A stretch of DNA of 48,294 nt, taken from positions 1 through 48,294 of the forward strand of contig JAHHIK010000066.1 of the NCBI GenBank assembly GCA_019358935.1, given 5' to 3'. The notes under the pieces were generated by a model. It was not told the origin of the DNA and did no database searches. It was given only the letters and a program-made list of their open reading frames with translations. The translations under genes were made by a program, and so were the position numbers. Each line of letters opens with the position of its first letter. Within the stretch, counting starts at the first letter, position 1. Of the stretch, positions 1-9,891 are shown one piece after another. The DNA comes from Tolypothrix carrinoi HA7290-LM1. GTDB lineage: Bacteria > Cyanobacteriota > Cyanobacteriia > Cyanobacteriales > Nostocaceae.

Positions 1-93
1 AAAGACAAATTGAAAGCCGTTCCTAACTGGCAAAAACGGCTTAGAGAATACGTTGAACGGTTGATAGCTGGACAAACGGGAAATGATGGGTAG
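1..93 (+). CDS. 3' end of a small protein (…KDKLKAVPNWQKRLREYVERLIAGQTGNDG*), probable antitoxin partner of the downstream PIN gene
   Basis: Open frame 1 from the window edge to TAG at 91-93, 41 bp upstream of a PIN gene. Confidence 0.5.
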   Translation, partial: KDKLKAVPNWQKRLREYVERLIAGQTGNDG

Positions 94-134
94 GTTTGTC
101 CAGATATTAGCGAACAGCAACTAACCCTTTCCCT

Positions 135-566
135 ATGAAGTTAGTAGTTGATACAAATGTTTTGGTTGGAGAACTACTAAGACAAAGAGGAAAGGAGTTA
201 ATTCAGCATCCTCAGTTAGATTTGTTGATGACTGAGCGCATTTTATCTGAAACTCACCATGAGTTTAGGAAGCGATTAACAGCGATTGTTCGTAGACAAG
301 GGATAAGTGAGTCACTTATTGATAACATTTGGCTATCTTCAAATCGGTTGATTACGAATCAAGTTCTCTTGGTTGTAGAATCAGATTATGCTCACTTTGA
401 AGCTGAGGCGAAAAGGCGAATTCCCAGAGATCCAAATGACTGGCAAACCATCGCTTTAGCTCTACACCTAGATGCCGGAATCTGGACACAAGACTATGAC
501 TTTTTTGGCTGTGGGTGTGCCACATGGACAACTGAAACTCTCCTTTTACACCTGCAAGCTAGATAA
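135..566 (+). CDS. PIN-domain protein (VapC-like toxin)
   Basis: LVVDTNVL at N-terminus, DPNDW and IWTQDYDF acidic PIN motifs. Confidence 0.9.
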   Translation: MKLVVDTNVLVGELLRQRGKELIQHPQLDLLMTERILSETHHEFRKRLTAIVRRQGISESLIDNIWLSSNRLITNQVLLVVESDYAHFEAEAKRRIPRDPNDWQTIALALHLDAGIWTQDYDFFGCGCATWTTETLLLHLQAR

Positions 567-681
567 TGGGGAAATAATGTGTGTAATTAATTTTGTCTAG
601 TTACAAATTACGAATTTACGATCGCCTACTTACGATAGGATAGAGGCAAAAAGTGTGTAGTTTACCGCCGCAGGCATCGCT

Positions 682-1446
682 ATGTCTCAATTTGCCACTG
701 CTTCTCAAATCGATGTCATTGATACTATAATTTTCCCACCAGGCGACATCTACAGTGACGAACCACCGTTGGAATCTGATTTACACCGCGAACAAATAGA
801 ATTACTGATTCGCCTGATCAAATGGTGGTGGCGCGATCGGGAAAATTTCTATGCTACAGGCAACTTAACTATTTACTTCAGTCCTAACCAGAAAAAGTCA
901 GAAGAATTTCGAGGACCTGATTTTTTTGTAGTTTTAGATACAGAAAAAAAAGACCGTAAAAGCTGGGTTGTTTGGCAAGAAGATGGCAAATACCCCAACG
1001 TGATTATAGAGATGTTATCTGATTCCACTGCCTCAGTTGATAAAGGTGTGAAAAAGCAGATATACCAGAATACATTCCGCACACCAGATTATTTCTGGTT
1101 TGACCCGGTAAGCTTGGAATTGCGAGGATTTCATTTAGTTGATGGTCAGTATCAAGACCTTGCACCCACTGAGTCAGGTTGGTTGTGGAGTCAGCAGTTA
1201 GGGCTTTATTTGGCAGTATATTTGGGCAAATTACGCTTTTTTACACCAGATGGGCAGCTGATAATGTTGCCAGAAGACGAAGCTAACCAGCAGTTACAGC
1301 AAGTCAATCAACAGTTACAGCAAGCCAATCAACAGTTACAGCAAGCCAATCAACAGTTACAACAAACAAACCAACAACTAGAACAAGAACGTCAACGCGC
1401 TGCAATATTGGCAGAACGCTTGCGAGCCGCAGGTATTGAAGAGTGA
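682..1446 (+). CDS. Uma2 family (DUF820) endonuclease-like protein with C-terminal coiled coil
   Basis: SDEPPLESDLH, GPDFFVV, IIEMLSDST, YFWFDP motifs; tail LAERLRAAGIE. Confidence 0.9.
   Translation: MSQFATASQIDVIDTIIFPPGDIYSDEPPLESDLHREQIELLIRLIKWWWRDRENFYATGNLTIYFSPNQKKSEEFRGPDFFVVLDTEKKDRKSWVVWQEDGKYPNVIIEMLSDSTASVDKGVKKQIYQNTFRTPDYFWFDPVSLELRGFHLVDGQYQDLAPTESGWLWSQQLGLYLAVYLGKLRFFTPDGQLIMLPEDEANQQLQQVNQQLQQANQQLQQANQQLQQTNQQLEQERQRAAILAERLRAAGIEE
1288..1380 (+). repeat. 21-bp coding tandem repeat (QQLQQAN heptads)
   Basis: About 4.5 copies of CAACAGTTACAGCAAGCCAAT-like unit. Confidence 0.85.
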
Positions 1447-1463
1447 GTAAATATTCACATCAC

Positions 1464-4400
1464 CTATCGCCACTCGCCCTGTAAAGTGAAAGCAGACCAA
1501 TAATAAGGATTTTTCAAAGTTGAATTTTCCCATAATTTCAGTTGTGCAGCACGCAAAGCGATCGCAGGTGATTTCCCCTGCTTCAACATTTGTGTGTAAA
1601 ATTCTTGCATAAATTCTGCTGTCCCCGTATCATCAACTTGCCAAAGAGACACGGCAACACGTTCAGCACCTGCATACATTAATCCTCTTGTCAAGCCTAC
1701 TAATCCTTCACCATTGACATCTTTACCCAAACCAGTGTCACAAGCACTTAATACGATTAAATCGGCTCCAAAGTCAAGATTAAAAATATCACCTAATCGC
1801 AAATAGCTTCTATCCGCAGGTTTAGCTTGTTTGTCTAGAAACTGAGATAGAACGATTCCTGATAATTCTGGGTTATTGGGATCAGCAAAGCCGTGGGTAG
1901 CAAAATGTAAATAGCGATATTGTGAAAGTTGCGGATTTGTTATCCAGTTGTAGTTAGTATCAAAATCAAAAGCTTGGATATTATTAGAAGATGGTATGAT
2001 ATTTAAAATGGTGTCTGCTTCAGTGCGTGTACCTTTAAGTCTTGGCACACCACTACGATTCAGATTTCTTGTTGCTTGCTTGAGGGCTGATTGATTTAAT
2101 TCATTACCGGTAAAATCAGAGTTAGGAACGATAGTTTCAGGTTTGCCAGTGATGCGTATATCGTTTGCTTCAAATACCGGATCGGCAAGAATAGCTAGAG
2201 TTTTCCGTGCGGTTTTGGGTCTTTTAAGGTCTTGTCTTTGGGTAGCGATCGCTGTAACCGAAGGCAAATTGACTATTTCATGATTGATTATCAGCGGTTG
2301 ATAAACCTCTCCCCCAACCCCTCCCCTATGAGGGGAGGGGAGCTTATCCTGCTCCCCCTTCCCTTGTAGGGAAGGGGGTTGGGGGGTTAGGTCATTTAAT
2401 GCTGCAAAGGGAATTGTTTGCAAAGCACCATCAGCGACAATCACTAAACGCTTTTGCCCCAACTTATCAGCCACAGGTGCAAGGATGATTTTACTAAGTT
2501 TAGTTGCAGCTAAAGCTGTTTGTTTGATATCTTGAGCTTTTTGCTCTTCAGATAAATCCTGACAGCGAGAAAGTAGTTCTTGACATTTCTTTAAAAGTCC
2601 TTTAAATTCAGTTGCCGCTTCTTCTATTTCCTTGCGTCCGGGTAGTTCGTAGGTGTCGATGGAATTGGGAGTTACAGCCCAAAGATAGCTGCGTTTTTCA
2701 CCCAAAGAATACTCTAACAGCAGCGTGTCTTTATCCAATTGTTGCTGAATTTGCGGTAAAGTCAGGGGTTGGGGATACTTTAGGTCGGCGTATTTCCGAC
2801 TACTTTGGCGGATTTTCGTTTCCAGTTGCTTTTGTTGGCTGAGTAGTTCATCGATTTGTGTTTGCAATTTATCAGCGTTGGCTTTATAAATGGGGTCTTT
2901 AATTTTATTACTATTAACTATCTCAAACCGCAGTTTTTCCTTAGTATTAATTAAGGCTTGTAAGCGGCTTTCTTCTGCTAAAAGTTCCGGGTTTGCACCT
3001 TTGCGAATATTTGCGCGTGCTTCAGTTAATAGTTCTACAAGTCCCCTAGCGCGGGAACGTTCGCTAATGTGGAGCGCTACAGCTTTACATTTATCTTTTA
3101 TTGTGATGTTTTTGTTTGTGTTTTGGTCTTTGGTTGTAAATTCACATATCTTTGATGGGTCTTTTTTGTGCAGTTCCATCAACAGGTCGATGTAGAATTT
3201 GTAGTAGCCTTGGACTGTGGCGAAGTAGGATGTACGTAAATCTTGGCTTTGGACGTTCCCGCGTATATTTTCTACGATTTTAATTGCTTCTTCGATGTTA
3301 GGAAGTGCTGCTTCAAGTTTGCCTAGTTCGCGTTGGTTAATGGCGATACCATAAAGTGCATCTGCTTCATCTGTGCCATTTTTTAAAGTTCGCCTCAATT
3401 TTAGTTCTTCATTATATGTATTGATTGCCAACTGATATTGATTGGATAAAGTGTAAGTCATACCAATATTACTCAAAATATCGGCTTCATGCAGTCGAAA
3501 TCCTGCTTGTTTAAAATATAACAAAACTGTTTGATAGCTTTCTAAGGCTTTTTGATAGTCTCCATTTGAGTAATATACATCAGCTAGGACACCTAAAGAT
3601 TTAAATTCTTCGTTTTTGCCTTTACCTTTAGATAAAGATAATGCGCTTTTGGCAGTTTCTAATGCTTTAGAATAATTTTTCAGCGAGTTGTATGTTCTGA
3701 CCATACCTCGAAGCGTAAGAATTTCTGATTGATAGTCCTCCTTGTTTAATAAAACTAGCGCTTGCTCATAAGATATGAGTGCCTTCCCATAATTTCTGGA
3801 TATCTCATAAACACTACCAATAAAACCATGAGTTATAGCTTGCTGAGGCTTATCTCCTATCTGCTTATATATGTATAATGCTTTTGTGTAGTAATTAATG
3901 CTTGATTGGTAGTCACCTAATGACTTATAGAGTAATCCAATCTGTTTTAAAGTATTTGCTTCTGATTTTGGTCTTGGTATTGAACGTTGAATATCTAAAG
4001 CTTCGTTATACTTTTCTAGCGCTTTTTGATAATTGCTTTGCAAAATATAAATATCTGCCTTTTGTTGTAGAATCAAAGCTTGTCCTTCTTTACTCTCAAC
4101 TGGAAATTGAAATGCTTCATTTAGAAAATCCAATGCTTTTTGATAATTTCCAGAAGACTTATACATGTTGGAAATATTTATAGAAGCTAATAAACCCAGT
4201 CTTGTATCCCCAGCTTTGTAATAGAGTGTTCTTGCTTGCTGGTAATATTGAATTGCGGTCTGATAATCTCCTGAAATACCATAGACATCACCAATACTAG
4301 CAAGTATAGAGGCTTGTTGAAAAAAAGCACCTTCAACTTTTTCTAGCAATTTTCGTGCTTTATCTAGATTTTTTATAGCCTCCTCATATTTACCTAATTT

Positions 4401-5219
4401 TTGATGCAGATAGGCTATATGCTTTAATATTTGGGCTTGTGCAGGTAAATTACTTGTTTTTTCAAAAATAGCTAATGCTTGATTGTATTTCTCAAAAGCT
4501 TTACTTGTTTCTCCTCGTAGAGAATGAATAAAACCAATATCTTCTAGAACACTAGCCTCACCATCTACAGATTTTAGTGTATCACGATAAATTTTTAGTG
4601 CTTTATCTAGATAAGCAAAAGCTTTTTCTGGTTCGCCTTTCCTATTGTAAGCAGTTGCAATAGACTTATAATAGCTTGCCAATAAGCCAAGTTCATCTGA
4701 TGCCAATTTTTTCTGTTCCAAAAATATTAATTCAGCTTTTTTTAGAGAATTTAATGCATCATCTAATTTACCCATAGTTGAGTAAACTAAACCGATAGAG
4801 CCAAGTATTGATGCTCTATACAAAGGTTTTAGTTGTTGTGTTTTTTCCAGTGCTTGCTGTAAATAAATCAATGCTGTTTTTTCTTCGGAAATAGCACTGT
4901 AACCCCACCCAATATATACTAGTATCTCAACTTCCTCTTTGCGTAATCCCAATTCCTGGGCAATTTTCAACGCTTGCTGATATTTTTCAATTGCCTGCTG
5001 ATATGCTTCCTTAGTCCCTTTCTTCTCTAACTCCTTTCCTTCTTGAAATAACTTGACTCCCTCTTGATATCGCTGTTGCTTATCCGGACTCAAGGGAACT
5101 GACGAAGGAGGTACTGTCTGCTGTGCTATTTGTAACCCATAACCACCGACACTGGCGGCTGTTGACTCGGATAGCAATAGTAGTGATAAAAATAAAGATA
5201 CAGCACAAGATGTCCACAT
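1464..5219 (-). CDS. TPR repeat + CHAT (caspase HetF-associated) domain protein, probable signal peptide
   Basis: Many TPRs; YLHFATHG and IVLSACDTGLG catalytic His/Cys motifs; PYYWSAFTLQGEW terminus. Confidence 0.92.
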   Translation of the reverse strand: MWTSCAVSLFLSLLLLSESTAASVGGYGLQIAQQTVPPSSVPLSPDKQQRYQEGVKLFQEGKELEKKGTKEAYQQAIEKYQQALKIAQELGLRKEEVEILVYIGWGYSAISEEKTALIYLQQALEKTQQLKPLYRASILGSIGLVYSTMGKLDDALNSLKKAELIFLEQKKLASDELGLLASYYKSIATAYNRKGEPEKAFAYLDKALKIYRDTLKSVDGEASVLEDIGFIHSLRGETSKAFEKYNQALAIFEKTSNLPAQAQILKHIAYLHQKLGKYEEAIKNLDKARKLLEKVEGAFFQQASILASIGDVYGISGDYQTAIQYYQQARTLYYKAGDTRLGLLASINISNMYKSSGNYQKALDFLNEAFQFPVESKEGQALILQQKADIYILQSNYQKALEKYNEALDIQRSIPRPKSEANTLKQIGLLYKSLGDYQSSINYYTKALYIYKQIGDKPQQAITHGFIGSVYEISRNYGKALISYEQALVLLNKEDYQSEILTLRGMVRTYNSLKNYSKALETAKSALSLSKGKGKNEEFKSLGVLADVYYSNGDYQKALESYQTVLLYFKQAGFRLHEADILSNIGMTYTLSNQYQLAINTYNEELKLRRTLKNGTDEADALYGIAINQRELGKLEAALPNIEEAIKIVENIRGNVQSQDLRTSYFATVQGYYKFYIDLLMELHKKDPSKICEFTTKDQNTNKNITIKDKCKAVALHISERSRARGLVELLTEARANIRKGANPELLAEESRLQALINTKEKLRFEIVNSNKIKDPIYKANADKLQTQIDELLSQQKQLETKIRQSSRKYADLKYPQPLTLPQIQQQLDKDTLLLEYSLGEKRSYLWAVTPNSIDTYELPGRKEIEEAATEFKGLLKKCQELLSRCQDLSEEQKAQDIKQTALAATKLSKIILAPVADKLGQKRLVIVADGALQTIPFAALNDLTPQPPSLQGKGEQDKLPSPHRGGVGGEVYQPLIINHEIVNLPSVTAIATQRQDLKRPKTARKTLAILADPVFEANDIRITGKPETIVPNSDFTGNELNQSALKQATRNLNRSGVPRLKGTRTEADTILNIIPSSNNIQAFDFDTNYNWITNPQLSQYRYLHFATHGFADPNNPELSGIVLSQFLDKQAKPADRSYLRLGDIFNLDFGADLIVLSACDTGLGKDVNGEGLVGLTRGLMYAGAERVAVSLWQVDDTGTAEFMQEFYTQMLKQGKSPAIALRAAQLKLWENSTLKNPYYWSAFTLQGEWR
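2305..2393. repeat. GC-rich palindromic dispersed repeat inserted in frame in the CHAT gene
   Basis: ACCTCTCCCCCAACCCC…GGGGTTGGGGGGTTAGGT ends with two internal hairpins; encodes DLTPQPPSLQGKGEQDKLPSPHRGGVGGEV. Confidence 0.8.
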
Positions 5220-5417
5220 AGGAAGGATTTCCCCTATCTGTTGAGTTTTAGTTTAAGTTTTCATCAATGATTATACTGAGTTTTGTTACTGACAATTTAA
5301 TATACTTTCGACGAACGCAGCTTTTGAGTAAGCAAACTGGGGTTTAGCAATACTTCATCTCATAAAGCGATGTATGCTTTAAATTAGAGGAAATAGTTAC
5401 ACCTCAAGGCTTAGACC

Positions 5418-5765
5418 GTGGTCAAAATTACCTTAGAAGTCTCTGAAGAACTATCAGAACAACTCACACAGTTAGGCGATCGCTTACCAGAAATCCTTGC
5501 ACTTAGTCTTGAGCAACCACCACTGCCAACTCGCGTATATCAATATATTCTTGATTTCCTGGTCAGCAAACCGACTTTAGAACAAATCTTAGCTTTCCAT
5601 CCGACAGCAGAAATGCAACAACGAATGCAAACTTTACTACGTCTAAGTAAAGTTGGAGAACTTAACCCTACAGAACAAAAAGAACTAGACGAGTATGAGC
5701 GCATTGAACATCTGATTGTCATGCTAAAAACAGGCAATCTACCGCACTTAACTACTAACCCATGA
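5418..5765 (+). CDS. Hypothetical protein, probable antitoxin/partner of the HNH nuclease
   Basis: GTG start; ELDEYERIEH C-terminal motif; ATGA overlap with the HNH gene. Confidence 0.7.
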   Translation: MVKITLEVSEELSEQLTQLGDRLPEILALSLEQPPLPTRVYQYILDFLVSKPTLEQILAFHPTAEMQQRMQTLLRLSKVGELNPTEQKELDEYERIEHLIVMLKTGNLPHLTTNP

Positions 5766-6154
5766 GTGTTAGTTATATCCCTGCTGCACTGCGTCGCCTA
5801 GTTGAAGAACGAGCAAGCCGTCGTTGCGAGTATTGTTTACTTCCCGAAAATGTTTCTTTCTATACTCATGAAATTGACCATGTAATTCCAGAAAAGCATG
5901 GCGGTAAAACTGATGCAGCTAATTTAGCTTTAACCTGTTGGCGTTGCAACCGTCATAAAGGAACAGACCTTGGTTCTTTCGACCCCCAAACAGAACAATT
6001 TAGTTTTCTCTTCAATCCTCGGACACAGCAATGGTCTGAACCTTTTGCTTGTGACGAAAGAGCAATTGTTGGCTTAACACCAGAAGGACGAACAACAGTG
6101 AAGTTACTACAGTTGAATACTGATGAACGGTTAGCAGAAAGAAAGAGATGGTAA
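5762..6154 (+). CDS. HNH endonuclease
   Basis: CEYC, EIDHVIPEKHGG, NLALTCWRCN. Confidence 0.92.
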   Translation: MSVSYIPAALRRLVEERASRRCEYCLLPENVSFYTHEIDHVIPEKHGGKTDAANLALTCWRCNRHKGTDLGSFDPQTEQFSFLFNPRTQQWSEPFACDERAIVGLTPEGRTTVKLLQLNTDERLAERKRW

Positions 6155-6298
6155 CAATTACAAAAGGGCGATCGCTTCTTGTAATTGTAAAAGAGCCGCT
6201 ATGATGGCATTATCAGGTTTAAATTGGTAATCAGAAAACGCCAAATCCCTTATGTATGCTAGGATTCGGTATAATTAGGGCATACTGGGAGTAAGGTT

Positions 6299-6586
6299 AT
6301 GGAGCGAGTTACATTACCAGAAGTTCTCACCCTTGAAGAGGTCTCAGAATATTTACGTTTGCCGATGGAAACATTACAGCGTCAAGCCTTACAAGGAAAG
6401 CTTCCAGGTCGTAAAATCGAAAACGAATGGAGATTTTTGAAGGTAGCAATTGATGACTGGTTGCGCTCTCAAAGTAGTCGTTCTGCCCTAATTAAACAGG
6501 CAGGAGCTTTTGCTGATGATACTTTGCTTACGGAATTGAGAACAACAATTTATCAAGCCAGAGGACGTTCTGAAGTTGATGAATAA
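6299..6586 (+). CDS. Excisionase-like helix-turn-helix protein, probable antitoxin
   Basis: VLTLEEVSEYLR…GKLPGRKIENEWRF; directly upstream of a PIN gene. Confidence 0.8.
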   Translation: MERVTLPEVLTLEEVSEYLRLPMETLQRQALQGKLPGRKIENEWRFLKVAIDDWLRSQSSRSALIKQAGAFADDTLLTELRTTIYQARGRSEVDE

Positions 6587-6597
6587 TTGGAACACTG

Positions 6598-7018
6598 ATG
6601 TATTTGCTTGATACTGATACTCTAACCTATCTCTATGCAGGAAATGCAAATGTTATTGCCAGATTAAAAGCTTTAGAAAATTCAGAGGTAGGAATTACCA
6701 TAATTACAAAAGCAGAAATGCTTCGCGGACGGATCGAGTATCTTCTCAAAGCAGAAACCGGGGAAAGTTTATTAAGATAAGCAAGAGCTTTTGTTTCGCA
6801 CAGAAGAATTATTAGCAGAACTTTTAATTGTTCCTATCAGTCAAAGCGCAGCAGATGAATTTGAGCGTTTACGTATAGTTTCAAAGCTACGCAAAATTGG
6901 GCGAGCTGATTTGTTAATTGCGAGTATTTCCTTAGCAAATAGAGCTACATTAGTAACAATAAATATCAGACATTTTAAACAAATTCCTGGTTTACGGGTT
7001 GTAAATTGGGTTGATTGA
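6598..7018 (+). pseudogene. vapC: VapC PIN toxin split by a +1 frameshift/stop near 6778
   Basis: MYLLDTD N-terminal half stops at 6780; C-terminal half (ADLLIASI…LVTINIRHF…VVNW) is in the +1 frame. Confidence 0.82.
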
Positions 7019-7054
7019 AATCCAAATAAATTCATGAATCGTGGTGGAGTATAT

Positions 7055-7133
7055 GTAGGGTGTGTTATCGCGCCGAGAGTACGGCATCAAAGCTTTCGGA
7101 TGGTGCGTTAGCCAAAGGCATAACACACCCTAC
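7055..7133. repeat. GTAG-headed REP-like inverted repeat element
   Basis: GTAGGGTGTGTTAT…ATAACACACCCTAC; related copies at 32026 and 37411. Confidence 0.75.
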
Positions 7134-7302
7134 GTGTATTTCTAAATTTGTTGTCTGGGTTTATGTAGGTAAAATCTTGTTTACATTTAAACATGTATAC
7201 ATGTGAACATAAAACAAGAGCGATCGCATAATTATAACCGAAGTTGCGGATGATAAACTTCTAGGATCTGTACACCAAGTGGTGCGATCGCTCCTGATTA
7301 TG

Positions 7303-7998
7303 CTATTGAGATGCACTCGGCTCTTTAGTCGCTGGTGAAGATTGCAAGACGCGTCCATCTAACTTGGTAGCGACATCCTTCACAGATACCGAAGGTTTAT
7401 TCCCAGTCAAATATATAACCGCTGTCATTGCACCAACGCTGCTGCGGCGAAAGCTGACGACATCAAAATTTACAGGCATTTCTTGAACAGTCGCATCTAA
7501 GGAAAAACCCGAAGATGACTGTGCCAAATTATTCAATTCCGGAAGCGACTTGTACTTTAACACTTTCACTTCTTGACTTGATGGTAGTTTCTGCGCCAGT
7601 TTTTTTATCTGTTGCTCAAACTCTGGTTGCCGCGCTTTCTGGAGGGCAGCATCGAATTGACCTTGTTGAGCTTGATTTGATAGCATACCCGTAAAGCCGA
7701 TGACAACTTCCATCTTTTGCGGTTCTACAAAGGCAAAGAAGTTATTGAGCGGAAAATTATCTTTGATCAGTAACTGCTTGAAAGGTTCTAATTTAGCAGC
7801 AATTTCCGCCTTTATACTCGGTGGAAGTTCCTGAAACCCAGATGGCAAGTCTTCTAATGTCAGTGCTGTCGCTTTTGCTGCGGTTTGTTCGGTAGCAGGT
7901 TGCGTGGTTTGAGTGGGCAAAGGTGCCGCTTGCAAGGGGGAAGCTGCCAAAATAGTACTGGTCAAAACAGATAACACAAAAGCGAGTTGCTGTTTCAC
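7303..7998 (-). CDS. Hypothetical exported protein
   Basis: 231-aa ORF with Sec signal peptide (…ASPLQA); no recognised domain. Confidence 0.75.
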   Translation of the reverse strand: MKQQLAFVLSVLTSTILAASPLQAAPLPTQTTQPATEQTAAKATALTLEDLPSGFQELPPSIKAEIAAKLEPFKQLLIKDNFPLNNFFAFVEPQKMEVVIGFTGMLSNQAQQGQFDAALQKARQPEFEQQIKKLAQKLPSSQEVKVLKYKSLPELNNLAQSSSGFSLDATVQEMPVNFDVVSFRRSSVGAMTAVIYLTGNKPSVSVKDVATKLDGRVLQSSPATKEPSASQ

Positions 7999-8185
7999 TC
8001 TTGATAAATTTCCTTTTTTGTGAGGGAGTGCCTTTAATTAAGATAGACGAACATTTTCGCGTCTGGAGTAGCATCAATTAAAAAGAAATACCAAACACTG
8101 CTACGCTGCTGATAAAGTCTTAAAATATTGTTAAATTCTGCCTAATCCTTCACCTTCAACTTACACGTACCACCCCGGAATTACT

Positions 8186-9775
8186 ATGGCTATCGGCTAC
8201 GTTGCGCTTGTACTTCATGCACACCTGCCCTTCGTTCGTCACCCTGAAAGTGACTATGTGCTGGAGGAAGAATGGCTTTATGAAGCCATTACGGAAACAT
8301 ACATCCCTTTACTGAAAGTATTTGAAGGATTAAAGCGAGACGGCATCGACTTTAAAATTACGATGAGCATGACACCCCCCTTGGTGTCAATGCTGCGCGA
8401 TCCGCTGCTGCAAGAACGCTATGACGCACACTTAAGTCAACTAGAAGAACTTATAGAACTCGAAGCAGAGCATAATGCCAACAACGGGCATATGCGCTAT
8501 TTAGCCGAGCATTACGCTACCGAATTCAACGAAGCGCGTCAGATATGGGAACGCTACAAAGGTGATTTGGTAACAGCTTTTAAGCAGTTCCAAGACTCTA
8601 ACAACCTGGAAATTATAACATGCGGCGCGACTCACGGCTATTTGCCGCTGATGAAAATGTATCCGGAGGCTGTGTGGGCGCAAATTCAGGTAGCTTGCGA
8701 ACACTACGAGCAAACCTTTGGACGCCGACCGCGAGGCATTTGGTTGCCGGAATGCGCTTATTATGAAGGTTTGGAGCGGATGCTGGCTGATGCGGGTTTG
8801 CGCTACTTCCTCACTGATGGACATGGAATTCTTTACGCTCGTCCGCGTCCCCGCTTTGGTAGCTATGCGCCAATTTTTACCGAAACTGGTGTAGCTGTCT
8901 TTGGACGCGATCATGAATCTTCGCAGCAGGTATGGTCATCGGAGGTGGGCTATCCTGGTGCGGCTGAATACCGCGAATTTTACAAAGATTTGGGCTGGGA
9001 AGCTGAATATGACTATATTAAGCCTTACATCATGCCCAACGGTCAGCGTAAAAACACGGGCATTAAGTATCATAAGATTACCGGACGCGGCTTAGGTTTG
9101 TCAGATAAGGCGCTTTACGATCCATACTGGGCGCGGGAAAAGGCAGCAGAACACGCCGACAATTTTATGTATAATCGCGAACGGCAAGCTGAACATCTTC
9201 ATGGTATAATGCAGCGTCCGCCGATTATCGTTTCACCTTACGATGCCGAGTTATTTGGTCATTGGTGGTATGAGGGTCCTTGGTTCATTGATTATCTGTT
9301 CCGTAAGTCATGGTATGACCAAAAAACCTATGCAATGACGCACTTGGCAGATTACTTGAAGGCAGAACCGAATCAACAAGTTTGTCGTCCTTCGCAGTCG
9401 AGTTGGGGTTACAAAGGATTTCACGAGTATTGGTTGAACGAAACGAATGCGTGGATTTACCCACATTTGCACAAAGCAACTGAGCGGATGATTGAGTTAG
9501 GACGATTGGAACCGGCTGATGAGTTGCAGTGGAAAGCACTCAACCAAGCAGCACGGGAATTGTTGTTAGCGCAATCTTCCGACTGGGCATTTATTATGCG
9601 GACGGGAACGATGGTACCTTATGCAGTGAGAAGGACGCGATCGCACCTGATGCGCTTTAATAAGCTGTACGAAGAAATCAAAATCGGCAAAGTTGACAGC
9701 GGTTGGTTAGAAAAAGTCGAGATGATGGACAACATCTTCCCAGAAATTAACTATCGCGTTTATCGTCCTTTATAG
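8186..9775 (+). CDS. Glycoside hydrolase family 57 (DUF1957) 1,4-alpha-glucan branching enzyme
   Basis: VLHAHLPFVRHP, GIWLPECAY, PYDAELFGHWWYEG, AQSSDWAF. Confidence 0.95.
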   Translation: MAIGYVALVLHAHLPFVRHPESDYVLEEEWLYEAITETYIPLLKVFEGLKRDGIDFKITMSMTPPLVSMLRDPLLQERYDAHLSQLEELIELEAEHNANNGHMRYLAEHYATEFNEARQIWERYKGDLVTAFKQFQDSNNLEIITCGATHGYLPLMKMYPEAVWAQIQVACEHYEQTFGRRPRGIWLPECAYYEGLERMLADAGLRYFLTDGHGILYARPRPRFGSYAPIFTETGVAVFGRDHESSQQVWSSEVGYPGAAEYREFYKDLGWEAEYDYIKPYIMPNGQRKNTGIKYHKITGRGLGLSDKALYDPYWAREKAAEHADNFMYNRERQAEHLHGIMQRPPIIVSPYDAELFGHWWYEGPWFIDYLFRKSWYDQKTYAMTHLADYLKAEPNQQVCRPSQSSWGYKGFHEYWLNETNAWIYPHLHKATERMIELGRLEPADELQWKALNQAARELLLAQSSDWAFIMRTGTMVPYAVRRTRSHLMRFNKLYEEIKIGKVDSGWLEKVEMMDNIFPEINYRVYRPL

Positions 9776-9797
9776 TATTGCACTAGACTATGCACTC

Positions 9798-9830
9798 AAA
9801 TCCCCGACTTCGTAAAGAAATCGGGGATTT
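9798..9830. terminator. Palindromic repeat / probable terminator after the GH57 gene
   Basis: AAATCCCCGACTTC…GAAATCGGGGATTT; same family as 31920-31952. Confidence 0.6.
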
Positions 9831-9891
9831 TGTTTTTCACTTGTGGGAATACTAAAAGTAGCAATTTATCTGAGCCGAAGCAAGATAATCG

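Noticed and set aside
7191..7204. 14-bp palindrome ACATGTATACATGT as an operator
   Set aside because: It lies between convergent genes and matches no motif I can assign.
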